Shown here: positions 7,888 to 17,242 of the stretch, piece after piece
How positions within the stretch are numbered: position 1 is the first letter of the stretch
How the letters are laid out: each line of letters begins with the position of its first letter
DNA from: Planctomycetota bacterium
Lineage (GTDB): Bacteria > Planctomycetota > JAJSAM01 > JAJVHW01
DNA: 64,000 bases
Direction of reading: 5' to 3'
Assembly (NCBI GenBank): GCA_965248445.1
Contig: CBDFJG010000001.1
Span: forward strand, 448,001 to 512,000
Program-made: the position numbers and the translations under genes
The notes under the pieces: model-generated
Databases searched by the model: none
Told to the model about the DNA's origin: nothing
The model's input: the letters and a program-made list of their open reading frames with translations, nothing else

Positions 7888-10092
7888 TCAGTACACGATG
7901 CGGTCGGGCACGAGCGCCGGGGTGACCTCGGCCTCGCCGTAGAACTCCCCGAGCCAGAGCGAGATGCGGATCCGCCCGTCCGCGTCGAGCACGCTGTGGG
8001 CGCCGTCGAGGATCGCCTTGAACGTGTTGCGCCGCGGGTTGAGGACCAGCTTGCGGACCCTGTTGTTGCGCCCGTACTGGATGCGCGTCTCCTCGAGCAC
8101 GTCGGCCAGTCCGCGCCAGAGTGCCGCCACGTCGCCGACCCGCAGTTCAGCGAGCGGCGGGATCGGCGGCAACCCGCGTCCCAGGTAGCGGCCCTTGATG
8201 ACGGTCTTTCGTCCCGTTGCGCCCGCTCGCTTGCTCGTGACGGCGTCGATGCGCAGGCCCTCGCCGAGCGGCGGGGTGCGCCGGCCGCGGTAGACACCCT
8301 TCTTTGCGCGCACGTCCTCTGTCAGGAACGCGTCGCCGGCGAGCAGTTCCACACGCAGTTCGCTCCCGACGACCGGGAGGTCTGTACGGACGAGCTTCGC
8401 GGTCACGCGCGCCTTCGAGGTGCCGCGCACGGAACCGTCCACTCTCGCGGTCAGGGTGCCGTTCGCGGTCGCCACTTCGCCGCCCGCGGCGAGCGCCGCG
8501 CCGACGTCCAGCCGCACGACCTCCGCCAGCCCGTCCAGGTCGCGCAGCACGATCTCCATCGGTCCAGTCGTGTCGAGCCCGCCGCCGGTCTCGGCGTCGA
8601 GGGAGACCGCGACCGAGTCCCGTCCGACCTTCTTGCGGTCCTTGACCTTGAGCTTGGTGACGAAGAGCTGCACGCTGCGTGCGAAGACCGGACCCTCGTA
8701 ACGCGGACGGATGTGGAGTCGCGCCGACACGAGGTTGCCCGCCTGGCCGGACGTGTCCGCGATCACGAGCGTCCACGTACCGAGCCACGGCTCGCCGATG
8801 AAGCTGTCGAGCGACTCGTGGGGCCGCAGAGATGCGTCGAAGGTCCCGGCGAGATCAGCGCCGCTTGCGTCCGCCTCCCACACCTTGACCTCGGTGCCGC
8901 TCGGCGAACGCAGTGTGACGCCGACCTGGCCGCGCTCGGGGTGCGCGAAGTCGATGTCCAGATCGACGTCGCCCACCAGGGTTCGCAACGGGTGGACATC
9001 CGATACAGCGAACGGGAACTCCGTCGATCCGAGCGCGGGAACCGCGCCCGGCACCGCGTCGAACGCCGCCGCAGCCGGCGGCGCGACCCGGTCCTGCAGG
9101 CGGAAGTCTGCCTTGATGTTCCCGGCGCGTCCGAACTGGAGAGTGCTGCCCGTCGTGGACTGCGCCGTGAAGAGTTCGGACACGGTGCCCGCGACGCCGG
9201 TGGCGCGAATTGTCACTGCGCCGGCAAACCCGTCCACCGGCACGGCGTAACCGCCGCTCGATGAAGAGATCGCATAGCTGCTCGAACGGTTGACGTCGAT
9301 GCGCACGCCCGGCAGTCCCTCGCCCGGATCCCACATCTGGTCGAAGTCCTTGTCCTCGTACACAACACCTGTCACGTAGCGCAGGTTGGCGCCTGCGCGC
9401 GTGCCGAGGACCAGGGTCGCGACCAGCGGGCCGACTCCGCCGGGCGGCGGGTTGTCACGCCGCACAAAGCCCGGCCCGACCTCCACGAAGTCGAGGAACG
9501 CCTGGTTCTGGTGGTTGATGATCGCCGCGCGATTCCACAGCCCCGGACGCCCGGTCGTCGGGTCGAGCACCTGGCCCCAGTCCACGGCCCAGGACGCGTA
9601 CGCCGTCAGCACGTCGGCGGCGTAACCGTTCACGAGCTGTCCGGACCAGAACGCGGGGTACCCGTTCTGCCCCATGCGCGTCAGCAGGCCCGGCTGCCCC
9701 GGCAGCGTCTGCGCCTGGCGGTCGGCGGAGCGCATCGCGATGGACCACTGGTTCCCGACGAGTGCGAGGTTCTGGTTGAAGACGAGCGGCGGCTCCTGCG
9801 AGTACGTCCTCCAAGCCGCCTGGGACTCCGCGCGGGTCCAGTGCAGGGGATCGGCGGCCAGCGCGCCGTCGTACTCGAACTTGACGCTCGCGGAGTTGTA
9901 GTCCGCGGCGATGCGGTCCCCCTCGCCCGACGGATCCGAGCGGGCCCGGTTGATGAGTTCCACCATGTGCTGCTGGTCGTCGGTCGGATCGCCGTGCTCG
10001 TAGAGCAGCGTCCCGGGCACCTCTTGCGCCGCCGCGGTAGCTGCGAACGCGACGCCCGCCAGAATCGCCCCAACTCGCGTGAAGTGCCTCAC
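7888..10092 (-). CDS. Secreted multidomain protein: CAP/SCP-like domain, SdrD-B/carboxypeptidase-regulatory-like domain, proprotein convertase P-domain and basic C-terminal domain
   Basis: Signal peptide; ELINRARSDP; YVTGVVYEDKD...DPGEGL; HPERGQVGVTLRSPSGT...GTWTLVIAD. Confidence 0.75.
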   Translation of the reverse strand: MRHFTRVGAILAGVAFAATAAAQEVPGTLLYEHGDPTDDQQHMVELINRARSDPSGEGDRIAADYNSASVKFEYDGALAADPLHWTRAESQAAWRTYSQEPPLVFNQNLALVGNQWSIAMRSADRQAQTLPGQPGLLTRMGQNGYPAFWSGQLVNGYAADVLTAYASWAVDWGQVLDPTTGRPGLWNRAAIINHQNQAFLDFVEVGPGFVRRDNPPPGGVGPLVATLVLGTRAGANLRYVTGVVYEDKDFDQMWDPGEGLPGVRIDVNRSSSYAISSSSGGYAVPVDGFAGAVTIRATGVAGTVSELFTAQSTTGSTLQFGRAGNIKADFRLQDRVAPPAAAAFDAVPGAVPALGSTEFPFAVSDVHPLRTLVGDVDLDIDFAHPERGQVGVTLRSPSGTEVKVWEADASGADLAGTFDASLRPHESLDSFIGEPWLGTWTLVIADTSGQAGNLVSARLHIRPRYEGPVFARSVQLFVTKLKVKDRKKVGRDSVAVSLDAETGGGLDTTGPMEIVLRDLDGLAEVVRLDVGAALAAGGEVATANGTLTARVDGSVRGTSKARVTAKLVRTDLPVVGSELRVELLAGDAFLTEDVRAKKGVYRGRRTPPLGEGLRIDAVTSKRAGATGRKTVIKGRYLGRGLPPIPPLAELRVGDVAALWRGLADVLEETRIQYGRNNRVRKLVLNPRRNTFKAILDGAHSVLDADGRIRISLWLGEFYGEAEVTPALVPDRIVY

Positions 10093-10196
10093 GACCGGAG
10101 TCTAGCGGAGCCTGCCCGCGCGGGAACCCGGCCGCGCCCCGACGCCCGGAGGCTCACCATCGTCGACCCGGTCCGGCTTGCTCTACGATCGCGGCG

Positions 10197-10919
10197 ATGA
10201 CGAAGCCCTACATCGGCCCCGACGTGCGACTGGGCGAGAACGTGAAGGTCCACCCGTTCGCCTACATCGAGGGGCACACGACGATCGGGGACGGCTGCGA
10301 GATCTTCCCCCACACGGCGATCGGCACACCGCCGCACGACGTGTCCTACAAGGGCGCCCCGACGCGTCTCGAGATCGGCGCGGAGTGCGTGATCCGCGAG
10401 GGCGTCACGATCCACCGCGGCAGCGAGAAGGAGGACGGCGTGACCCGCGTCGGGTCCCGCTGCTACCTCATGGCCGGCTCCCACGTCGGCCACGACTGCC
10501 GTGTGGGCGACGACGTGATCGTGACGAACGCGTCGACGCTCGGCGGTCACGCGGTCGTGGAGGAGAAGGTCCTGATCTCGGCCCTCGCAGCCGTCCATCA
10601 GTTCACCCGCGTAGGAACGATGGCGATGGTCGCGGGCGGCGCCATGGTGGTTCAGGACGTTCCGCCGTACTGCTTGGCACACGGCGACCGCGCGCGTCTG
10701 GTCGGCCTGAACGAAGTCGGACTCGACCGCCGGGGAGTCCCCACCGACTCGGTCCACGCCCTTCGACGGACGTACCGCCTCGTGTTCCGCTCCGGCCACC
10801 CGCGCGACGAGGCCGTCGACCTCGCCCGCGCCGAATGGGGTGAGGTGCCCGAGGTCGAGCGCATGCTCTCCTTCATCGAGTCCTCGAGGCGCGGCGTGGC
10901 GCGACACGGCCGGAAGTAG
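10197..10919 (+). CDS. lpxA: Acyl-ACP--UDP-N-acetylglucosamine O-acyltransferase
   Basis: Hexapeptide repeats; IREGVTIHRG, MAGSHVGHDC, LGGH, VHQF, QDVPPY and GLNEVGLDRRG. Confidence 0.9.
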   Translation: MTKPYIGPDVRLGENVKVHPFAYIEGHTTIGDGCEIFPHTAIGTPPHDVSYKGAPTRLEIGAECVIREGVTIHRGSEKEDGVTRVGSRCYLMAGSHVGHDCRVGDDVIVTNASTLGGHAVVEEKVLISALAAVHQFTRVGTMAMVAGGAMVVQDVPPYCLAHGDRARLVGLNEVGLDRRGVPTDSVHALRRTYRLVFRSGHPRDEAVDLARAEWGEVPEVERMLSFIESSRRGVARHGRK

Positions 10920-11020
10920 CGCCGACGTTCGCGAGAGTGGCTCCGGGGGCGCCGGAACGGGCTTGCGCAGCACCGTGGGTTGCGGGCAATCTGGGCGGCA
11001 CACCGCTCGGGGAGGGGAAC

Positions 11021-12163
11021 ATGAGACGCCACGGATTCGGACAGCCGGTCATCTTCGCGGGAACGCTGATCGCAGCACTCGCATCAAGCGCAGCCGCAGG
11101 GACGATCGTCGTCACGCCGGATGGTGACAAGACGATCCAGCAGGCGGTCGACGAGGCGCTGCCAAACGACGTCATCGAACTGCGCGGCGGCACGTTCTTC
11201 GAGTCCGTGATGCTCTCTTCGAGATCGAACATCTCCATCGTCGGCAAGCGCGGAGCCAAGATCGATGCCGGGCAGATCGGAGACGGCATTCACCTCGACC
11301 ACCAGTGCAGCGACATCACGATCTCGAAGGTCCACATCGTCGGCGCCTCGATGACCGGCTTCCGCGTGATCGACTCCCAGGACGTGCTCATCGAGAAGTG
11401 CAACATCAGCGCGATCGGCACGTTCGCAGTCCTCGTTCGCGGGAGCTCACGCGTCACGCTGTCTCGAGCGAAGATCTCGGGCGTCGGGTCCGACGCCGTC
11501 AACTTCGGCGGCCAGGAAGAGCAGGAGGCTCTCGCCCCCGCGCCCTGCCAAGACTGCACGATCGAACGCTGCAAGATCAGTCAGGTGGGCCGCGACGGGG
11601 TCGAGTACGCCGGCACGGGCAACCTCGTCTCGCGATGCAAGATCAAGGAACTGGGCGGCCGCGGCATCACCCACGACGGCTCCGACACGGGAACCGGCAA
11701 CATCGTGGACAGGAACAAGATCAGCGACCTCGGCGTCGGTATCCGCCTTGCCGGCAGTTCCGACACGGCATCGAACAACAGGATCTCGAAGACCGGAGCG
11801 GACGCGATCCGCGGCGAGGGCACCGGCGGCCACACGATCGAGGGCAACAAGATCAAGTCACTCGTTGGCTCGGCGGACGGGATCGAGGTCGAGACGGGCT
11901 CGGACGGTTGCCTCGTCAAGGACAACAAGATCACCAAGCCCGGGGGTGACGGCATCGAGTGCGACGCCGACGGCGCCACGATCGACGGCAACAAGATCCG
12001 GAAGGCCGGCAACCAGGGCGTCCGCATCCAGGGCACGGGCTGCACCATCCAGAACAACAACGTCAAGAAGAGCGGCGACGTCGACCTGCGAGACACGACC
12101 GGCGGCGGATCGAACGTCTACGGGAAGAACAAGTTCGGGACCGAGAACCTCGATCCCGAATAG
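11021..12163 (+). CDS. Secreted right-handed parallel beta-helix repeat protein
   Basis: GGAGGGG RBS; signal peptide; TIQQAVDEA; repeated N-K-I...G-I strands. Confidence 0.8.
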   Translation: MRRHGFGQPVIFAGTLIAALASSAAAGTIVVTPDGDKTIQQAVDEALPNDVIELRGGTFFESVMLSSRSNISIVGKRGAKIDAGQIGDGIHLDHQCSDITISKVHIVGASMTGFRVIDSQDVLIEKCNISAIGTFAVLVRGSSRVTLSRAKISGVGSDAVNFGGQEEQEALAPAPCQDCTIERCKISQVGRDGVEYAGTGNLVSRCKIKELGGRGITHDGSDTGTGNIVDRNKISDLGVGIRLAGSSDTASNNRISKTGADAIRGEGTGGHTIEGNKIKSLVGSADGIEVETGSDGCLVKDNKITKPGGDGIECDADGATIDGNKIRKAGNQGVRIQGTGCTIQNNNVKKSGDVDLRDTTGGGSNVYGKNKFGTENLDPE

Positions 12164-12174
12164 CCCGCTCGAGG

Positions 12175-13257
12175 TCAGTACCGCCTGAGCTTGACGTCGA
12201 CGACGCTCTCGCGGTCCGCACCCAGCTCGACAGCCGGGACGCGGGCGGCCCAGTACTCGGTCCCGGTGCCCACGCGGGCGTCGATCTCATAGTAACCGGG
12301 GTCAGCGAGGAAGAGACCGACTTCACGTCGGTTGTGGCGCAGTTCGTGGAAACTGGCGTCGAGTGCAGCCCCGGGTCGGCGCAGTTCACAGGCGATCCAC
12401 GGTGCATTGATCGTGATCGGAGCGCCGGTCGTCTCGTCGAGCAGGCGGAGAGTGACGGCGAACATGGGCCGGGCGACGAGCCGCACGTCTCGCGCGTGGG
12501 CACTCACCGCGGTCAGGCGCGCGCCCAGCGGCGCGGTCTTCGATCCGCTTGCCGGATCGACGCGCGCGTATACCTCGTAGCGGTACGGACCGACCGCGTT
12601 GAACGTGAATCTGCCGTCCTCGTCCGTGACCATGGACCCGAGCGTCCGGCAGTCGAGGTCGCTCGACAGCAGCGTAACGCGCGCGCCGGCGACCGGCTCA
12701 CCCGATTCGTCCACGACGACGCCGGCGATGGTCCCGGCCGGCGCGAGGCGGATGTCGCCGAGATCGGCAACGTCCGAGTCGTCCTGCGGATAGTCGAGGC
12801 GGACGCGAGCGCCGTCGGGTTGCAGAGCGATCAGGAATCCGCGCCGGCCGCGCGGCTGGCGCAGAACGAGTCGTCCGTCGGCGTCGCTCGTGGCACCGTG
12901 CATCCGCACGCCCGCCGCGGGCAGCCCCGCCATCAGGAAGCGCGCGCGCACGGTCTTGATCTCGGCGGCGCTCTCCCGCTCCGGGGAGTTCACAACGGAA
13001 CTGCGCCCGGCGGCGGCCGAAGAGCCGGACGTCCCTCCCGCCGTCGTCGGCTCCCCCGCGCTCGGGACCGGCGCCTCCGCAGCGGCGGCGCGGACGTGGA
13101 CCCGACTGCGTCGCCGCGGCGGCTCTTGCGGCGGCGTGACGTCGGACGGCGCCACAGCATGCCGAGCGGGACCATCGACGCTGCTGACCCACAGAACGCC
13201 GACGACGCCAGCAAGCACAAGAAACACCACTGCGGCACGGACGCCCCGGGACTTCAT
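12175..13257 (-). CDS. Membrane-anchored protein with a carboxypeptidase regulatory-like domain
   Basis: N-terminal TM helix; IAGVVVDESGEPVAGARV and TDEDGRFTF. Confidence 0.7.
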   Translation of the reverse strand: MKSRGVRAAVVFLVLAGVVGVLWVSSVDGPARHAVAPSDVTPPQEPPRRRSRVHVRAAAAEAPVPSAGEPTTAGGTSGSSAAAGRSSVVNSPERESAAEIKTVRARFLMAGLPAAGVRMHGATSDADGRLVLRQPRGRRGFLIALQPDGARVRLDYPQDDSDVADLGDIRLAPAGTIAGVVVDESGEPVAGARVTLLSSDLDCRTLGSMVTDEDGRFTFNAVGPYRYEVYARVDPASGSKTAPLGARLTAVSAHARDVRLVARPMFAVTLRLLDETTGAPITINAPWIACELRRPGAALDASFHELRHNRREVGLFLADPGYYEIDARVGTGTEYWAARVPAVELGADRESVVDVKLRRY

Positions 13258-13360
13258 GGCGCCACGATCCTAGCCGCGCAGGGCTTCGTGCGCGCTCGTC
13301 CACGCTCCGGCTACGGGAACGCGGCCGGGGGCAGGCCGGGCGCGGTACCATCCGCCCCGC

Positions 13361-14332
13361 ATGATCAAGCGCATCCTCGTGACCGGCGGCGCCGGCTTCC
13401 TCGGCTCCCACCTCTGCGAGCGGCTCGTCGAGGCCGGGCAAGACGTCATCTGCCTCGACAACCTGTTCACGAGCCAGAAGGCCAACATCGAGCACCTGCT
13501 CGGGCGGGCGAACTTCGACTTCATTCGCCATGACGTGACGCACCCGATCTGGCTCGAGGTCGACGAGGTCTACAACCTCGCGTGCCCGGCGGCGCCCGGC
13601 CACTACCAGTACAACCCGATCAAGACGATGAAGACGTCGGTGATCGGCGCGATCAACGTCCTCGGGATGGCCAAGCGGGTCGGCGCGAAAGTGCTGCACG
13701 CGTCCACGAGCGAGGTCTACGGCGACCCCGCAGTGCACCCGCAGCCGGAGAGTTACCACGGCAACGTCAACCCGATCGGGCCGCGCGCGTGCTACGACGA
13801 GGGAAAGCGCGCCGCCGAGACGCTGATGTTCGACTACCACCGCTCGAACGGGGTCAACATCCGCGTCGTACGGATCTTCAACACCTATGGACCGCGCATG
13901 CATCCGTACGACGGCCGCGTCGTCAGCAACTTCATCCGGCAGGCGCTCGCCGGCGAGGACATCACGCTGTACGGCGACGGCTCGCAGACGCGCGCTTTCT
14001 GCTACCGCGACGACCTGATCGACGGGATCCTGGCGATGATGTCCGCGCCGGACGACTTCACCGGCCCCGTGAACCTCGGCAACCCCGAGGAGTTCACCAT
14101 CCGTCAGCTGGCGGAACTGGTCGTCGAACTGACCGGATCGGGGTCCGAGATCGTGCTCGCCCGGGCCCTGCCCGACGACGATCCGCAGAGGCGGCGACCG
14201 GAGATATCGCTCGCGCGCGAGCGCCTGGGCTGGGAGCCGACGGTCGAGCTCCGCGAGGGTCTGGGCCGGACCATCGACTGGTTCCGATCGGTGGACCTCT
14301 CGGCCTTCCGCGCCCCGACCCCGAACTACTGA
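13361..14332 (+). CDS. UDP-glucuronic acid decarboxylase (UDP-xylose synthase) family SDR
   Basis: [44 protein letters not shown] and DDPQRRRP. Confidence 0.92.
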   Translation: MIKRILVTGGAGFLGSHLCERLVEAGQDVICLDNLFTSQKANIEHLLGRANFDFIRHDVTHPIWLEVDEVYNLACPAAPGHYQYNPIKTMKTSVIGAINVLGMAKRVGAKVLHASTSEVYGDPAVHPQPESYHGNVNPIGPRACYDEGKRAAETLMFDYHRSNGVNIRVVRIFNTYGPRMHPYDGRVVSNFIRQALAGEDITLYGDGSQTRAFCYRDDLIDGILAMMSAPDDFTGPVNLGNPEEFTIRQLAELVVELTGSGSEIVLARALPDDDPQRRRPEISLARERLGWEPTVELREGLGRTIDWFRSVDLSAFRAPTPNY

Positions 14333-14490
14333 CCGGATCGAGCGTGAGCGAGCCTGGCAGGGCGAGCCCCGCAGTCTCGCGCTCAACTCCAGGCACCCAG
14401 ATGGCCGATTTTCGAACTGGGTCCGCCCCCGGCCGACCCCGGGCTCCTTCCCGCACGGGGTGATGCCGGGCGATCCGTGAGGAGATCGAC

Positions 14491-15993
14491 ATGTCGAAGT
14501 GCTTGGAGTGCGGTGCCGCCGTCGCCGCGGAAGACGGCTTCTGCGTGGTCTGTGAGTTCGTCCCCGGCGACGACGACGACCAGTTCTTGGAAGGCAACGC
14601 ACCTCCTGCCACAGCGCAGGAGACCGCGTCGCTTCTCGTCCCGATCGCGGGGGCGCCCGGCAAGGCGCCCGCGGATCAGCTGGACGCCATGGCGCCCGGC
14701 AATGACGTGTCCGTGCTCCCGCCGACCGCCGCGGCGGACGAGCGGTGCGAGGTCGACATCGCCGTGACTTCCACCTTCGATCACTGGACGGCCCCCGCCG
14801 ACGCGTCCCCGACCGTGCACGCACTGCTCGAGCTGGACCCCTCCGGACCGGCGCTCCGTGCCAGCGACGGCGAGGTCCTCTCGCACGTGATCCTGGCGCT
14901 GGACGTGTCCGCCAGCATGAACCACCCGGACAAGTACCCCGTCCTCACGAACGCCCTGGAGCGCATGCTGACCGAACTCCGATACGCGCCGGGCGGCGAG
15001 GTGCTGATCAGCATCGTCCTGTTCGCGTACGGCTCGGAGGTCATGATCCGCGACGCGCGGGCGTCCGAGCTGGATCCTCGCGAGGTGGTGCGGATGATCG
15101 ACGCGTCGCAGCTCCGCTTCACGCGCTACACCGACTTCGCCGGCGCCATGTCGCGCGCCGGACGCATCGCGTTCGACGCGCACAGCACGGACCGTCGGCT
15201 TCCGATCCGGATCTATGCGCTGACGGACGGAAGGCCCCAGGACATCGCCCGCGCGTCGACCGTTATGCAACGCGTGGAGCGCCTGCCCGTGGACGTGCAC
15301 GGCCTGGCGTTCGGCGCCGACGCCGACGTGGTCGCGCTGAAGTCGCTCATCGCGGGCAAGCGGGGCGGAACCGTGAAGCACGTGCGGCCCGACAACCTCG
15401 AGAGTGCGTTCTCGCGGATCGCCGCCGTGGCGACGGACGTCGTCGCGAAGCGCTGCCTGGTGGACGTGCAGCTCGCACCTGGTGTGGCCGGCGGCTCCGT
15501 CTACCGCTTCCGCCCCGGACGTTATGCGTACGGCGACGACGCGTACGGGCTGGACCGCGACTTCCGCACCGATCTGGGCATCCTGGAAGCGGGCCGCAAG
15601 TACTCGCTGCTACTGGAGTTCGTCCTCCCCCCCACCGTGCAGAAGCAATTCAGCGTCGGCACGGTCACGATGCGCATACCCGGCGAGGGCGGCCCGCGCT
15701 CGTTCGAACACCTCATGGTGGTCCTGCGACATCCCGGTTCCTCACTCGCGACCGCGGATCCGATGGTCACCGAAGCGGTCGACATCGTCACCGCGGACAG
15801 AACGGGAGATCCCGCCGCCACGCTGCGCGCACTGCGCGCCCGCAAGCGCCTCTACGAGGAGGAGCGTCGGGACCCGGCCCTGGTGGAACTCGTCACACGT
15901 GCCATTGCCGAGCTCGAGGAGCAGGGCAGTCTGGACGCGATGTCGAAGGCAGATCGAGCCGCGCTGGTCGCGCACACGCACTCCGCTCGTTGA
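14491..15993 (+). CDS. vWA-domain protein with an N-terminal zinc ribbon
   Basis: CxxC..CxxC N-terminus; MIDAS elements DVSAS, T and LTDG; GAGGAG RBS. Confidence 0.8.
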   Translation: MSKCLECGAAVAAEDGFCVVCEFVPGDDDDQFLEGNAPPATAQETASLLVPIAGAPGKAPADQLDAMAPGNDVSVLPPTAAADERCEVDIAVTSTFDHWTAPADASPTVHALLELDPSGPALRASDGEVLSHVILALDVSASMNHPDKYPVLTNALERMLTELRYAPGGEVLISIVLFAYGSEVMIRDARASELDPREVVRMIDASQLRFTRYTDFAGAMSRAGRIAFDAHSTDRRLPIRIYALTDGRPQDIARASTVMQRVERLPVDVHGLAFGADADVVALKSLIAGKRGGTVKHVRPDNLESAFSRIAAVATDVVAKRCLVDVQLAPGVAGGSVYRFRPGRYAYGDDAYGLDRDFRTDLGILEAGRKYSLLLEFVLPPTVQKQFSVGTVTMRIPGEGGPRSFEHLMVVLRHPGSSLATADPMVTEAVDIVTADRTGDPAATLRALRARKRLYEEERRDPALVELVTRAIAELEEQGSLDAMSKADRAALVAHTHSAR

Positions 15994-16018
15994 GCGGCGG
16001 TCACACCGGGGCATCGGC

Positions 16019-17242
16019 ATGACGACACGGGCAACACGCCTCGAGTCAAGTCCGCGCGAGCGTCGCGTCATCCGCCGGATGGAGGCGCGCGGCGAGAGCG
16101 GGCTGGAAGATGCTCTGCTCACGTTGCGCGGCACCGTCGCGTCTGCGCGCTACCTGCTGACACGTCTCTACGCCGTCGGCGGCGAGGGTGCGGTGTACGA
16201 GTGCAAGGACATCCTCAATCCGCGCGGCCGGCGACTCGTCGCCAAGCTGCCGTTGCACTCCTACCACCGCCCGGCCCGACTACAGGGCGACCGCATCCGG
16301 GAGATGCGCCGCGCACTCCAGATCGAAGCGAGCCACCTGCTCGGGAACTGCACGCAATTCATGGCGGAGGGAATCGGCCTGTTCGAGTTCCAGAATCTTC
16401 TGCTCGATCCGTGCCGCGGCGGCGCGTTCGCCGAACGCGAGCCGCTCCTGGTCATGGAGAAGCTACCGGGACACGATCTGGACCGCTGGCTCGCGCGGGC
16501 GCACCGGTCGGGCAAGCCGCCCGAGCTCATGCGGCGTACGCTGGACCGCGTCGTGGTCGTGCTCCTGCAAGCGCTCACGGACCTGCGCAGCCGAGGCCTG
16601 ATCTACGCGGACCTTCGGCCCGGCAACATCCGCATGATCGGCCGGCCGAGCCGGCGCATCCGGTTGATCGACGCCGGGAGCCTGGTCAGTGTGGACGACG
16701 ACAGCGGCCGCTTCCCGCACGTCCCGGCATACCTCCCTTGCGACCTTTTCGCCGATCGCCTCTCCGGCAAACCGATCCGCGCCACCGACGAGGTGCAGGC
16801 GATCATGGCCGGACGGACCCTGTTCGAAGTCGCGACCGGGCGCGTGCCACGGCCGGGCAGCGAACCCGACCTCTGGTGGCTCGACAGGAGCGACGTGTCA
16901 CCTCCCGTCGCGGGTGTGATCACGGGTCTCCTGGACGGGCAGTTCCCGAGCGCGAAGTCAGCCCTCGCGTGGCTGGCCCGCCGGGCACGTCGCCGCGTGC
17001 CGGGAGGAAACGCGGTGAACCGTCCTACACAGCCGGCGGCCGTTGCGGTCGCGCCGAAGGCCGCCCCGCCGCGGAACTCCCAGGAAGGTCAAGGACTGGC
17101 GTGGACGTCTACAGCGCCGTCCGTGTCGGCGCAGCGCACGCAGCCGGCGGCGGAGAAGCGTTCTCAGAACGCGCGTGCGGCGCAGCGCAAGCGATCCGGC
17201 CTCCGGGGCGTCGTGCGCCGGTTGCTGCGCCGCCGCGACTAG
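16019..17242 (+). CDS. Atypical Ser/Thr protein kinase
   Basis: GGEGAVY, VAK, LVMEKL, YADLRPGNI and IDAG. Confidence 0.75.
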   Translation: MTTRATRLESSPRERRVIRRMEARGESGLEDALLTLRGTVASARYLLTRLYAVGGEGAVYECKDILNPRGRRLVAKLPLHSYHRPARLQGDRIREMRRALQIEASHLLGNCTQFMAEGIGLFEFQNLLLDPCRGGAFAEREPLLVMEKLPGHDLDRWLARAHRSGKPPELMRRTLDRVVVVLLQALTDLRSRGLIYADLRPGNIRMIGRPSRRIRLIDAGSLVSVDDDSGRFPHVPAYLPCDLFADRLSGKPIRATDEVQAIMAGRTLFEVATGRVPRPGSEPDLWWLDRSDVSPPVAGVITGLLDGQFPSAKSALAWLARRARRRVPGGNAVNRPTQPAAVAVAPKAAPPRNSQEGQGLAWTSTAPSVSAQRTQPAAEKRSQNARAAQRKRSGLRGVVRRLLRRRD

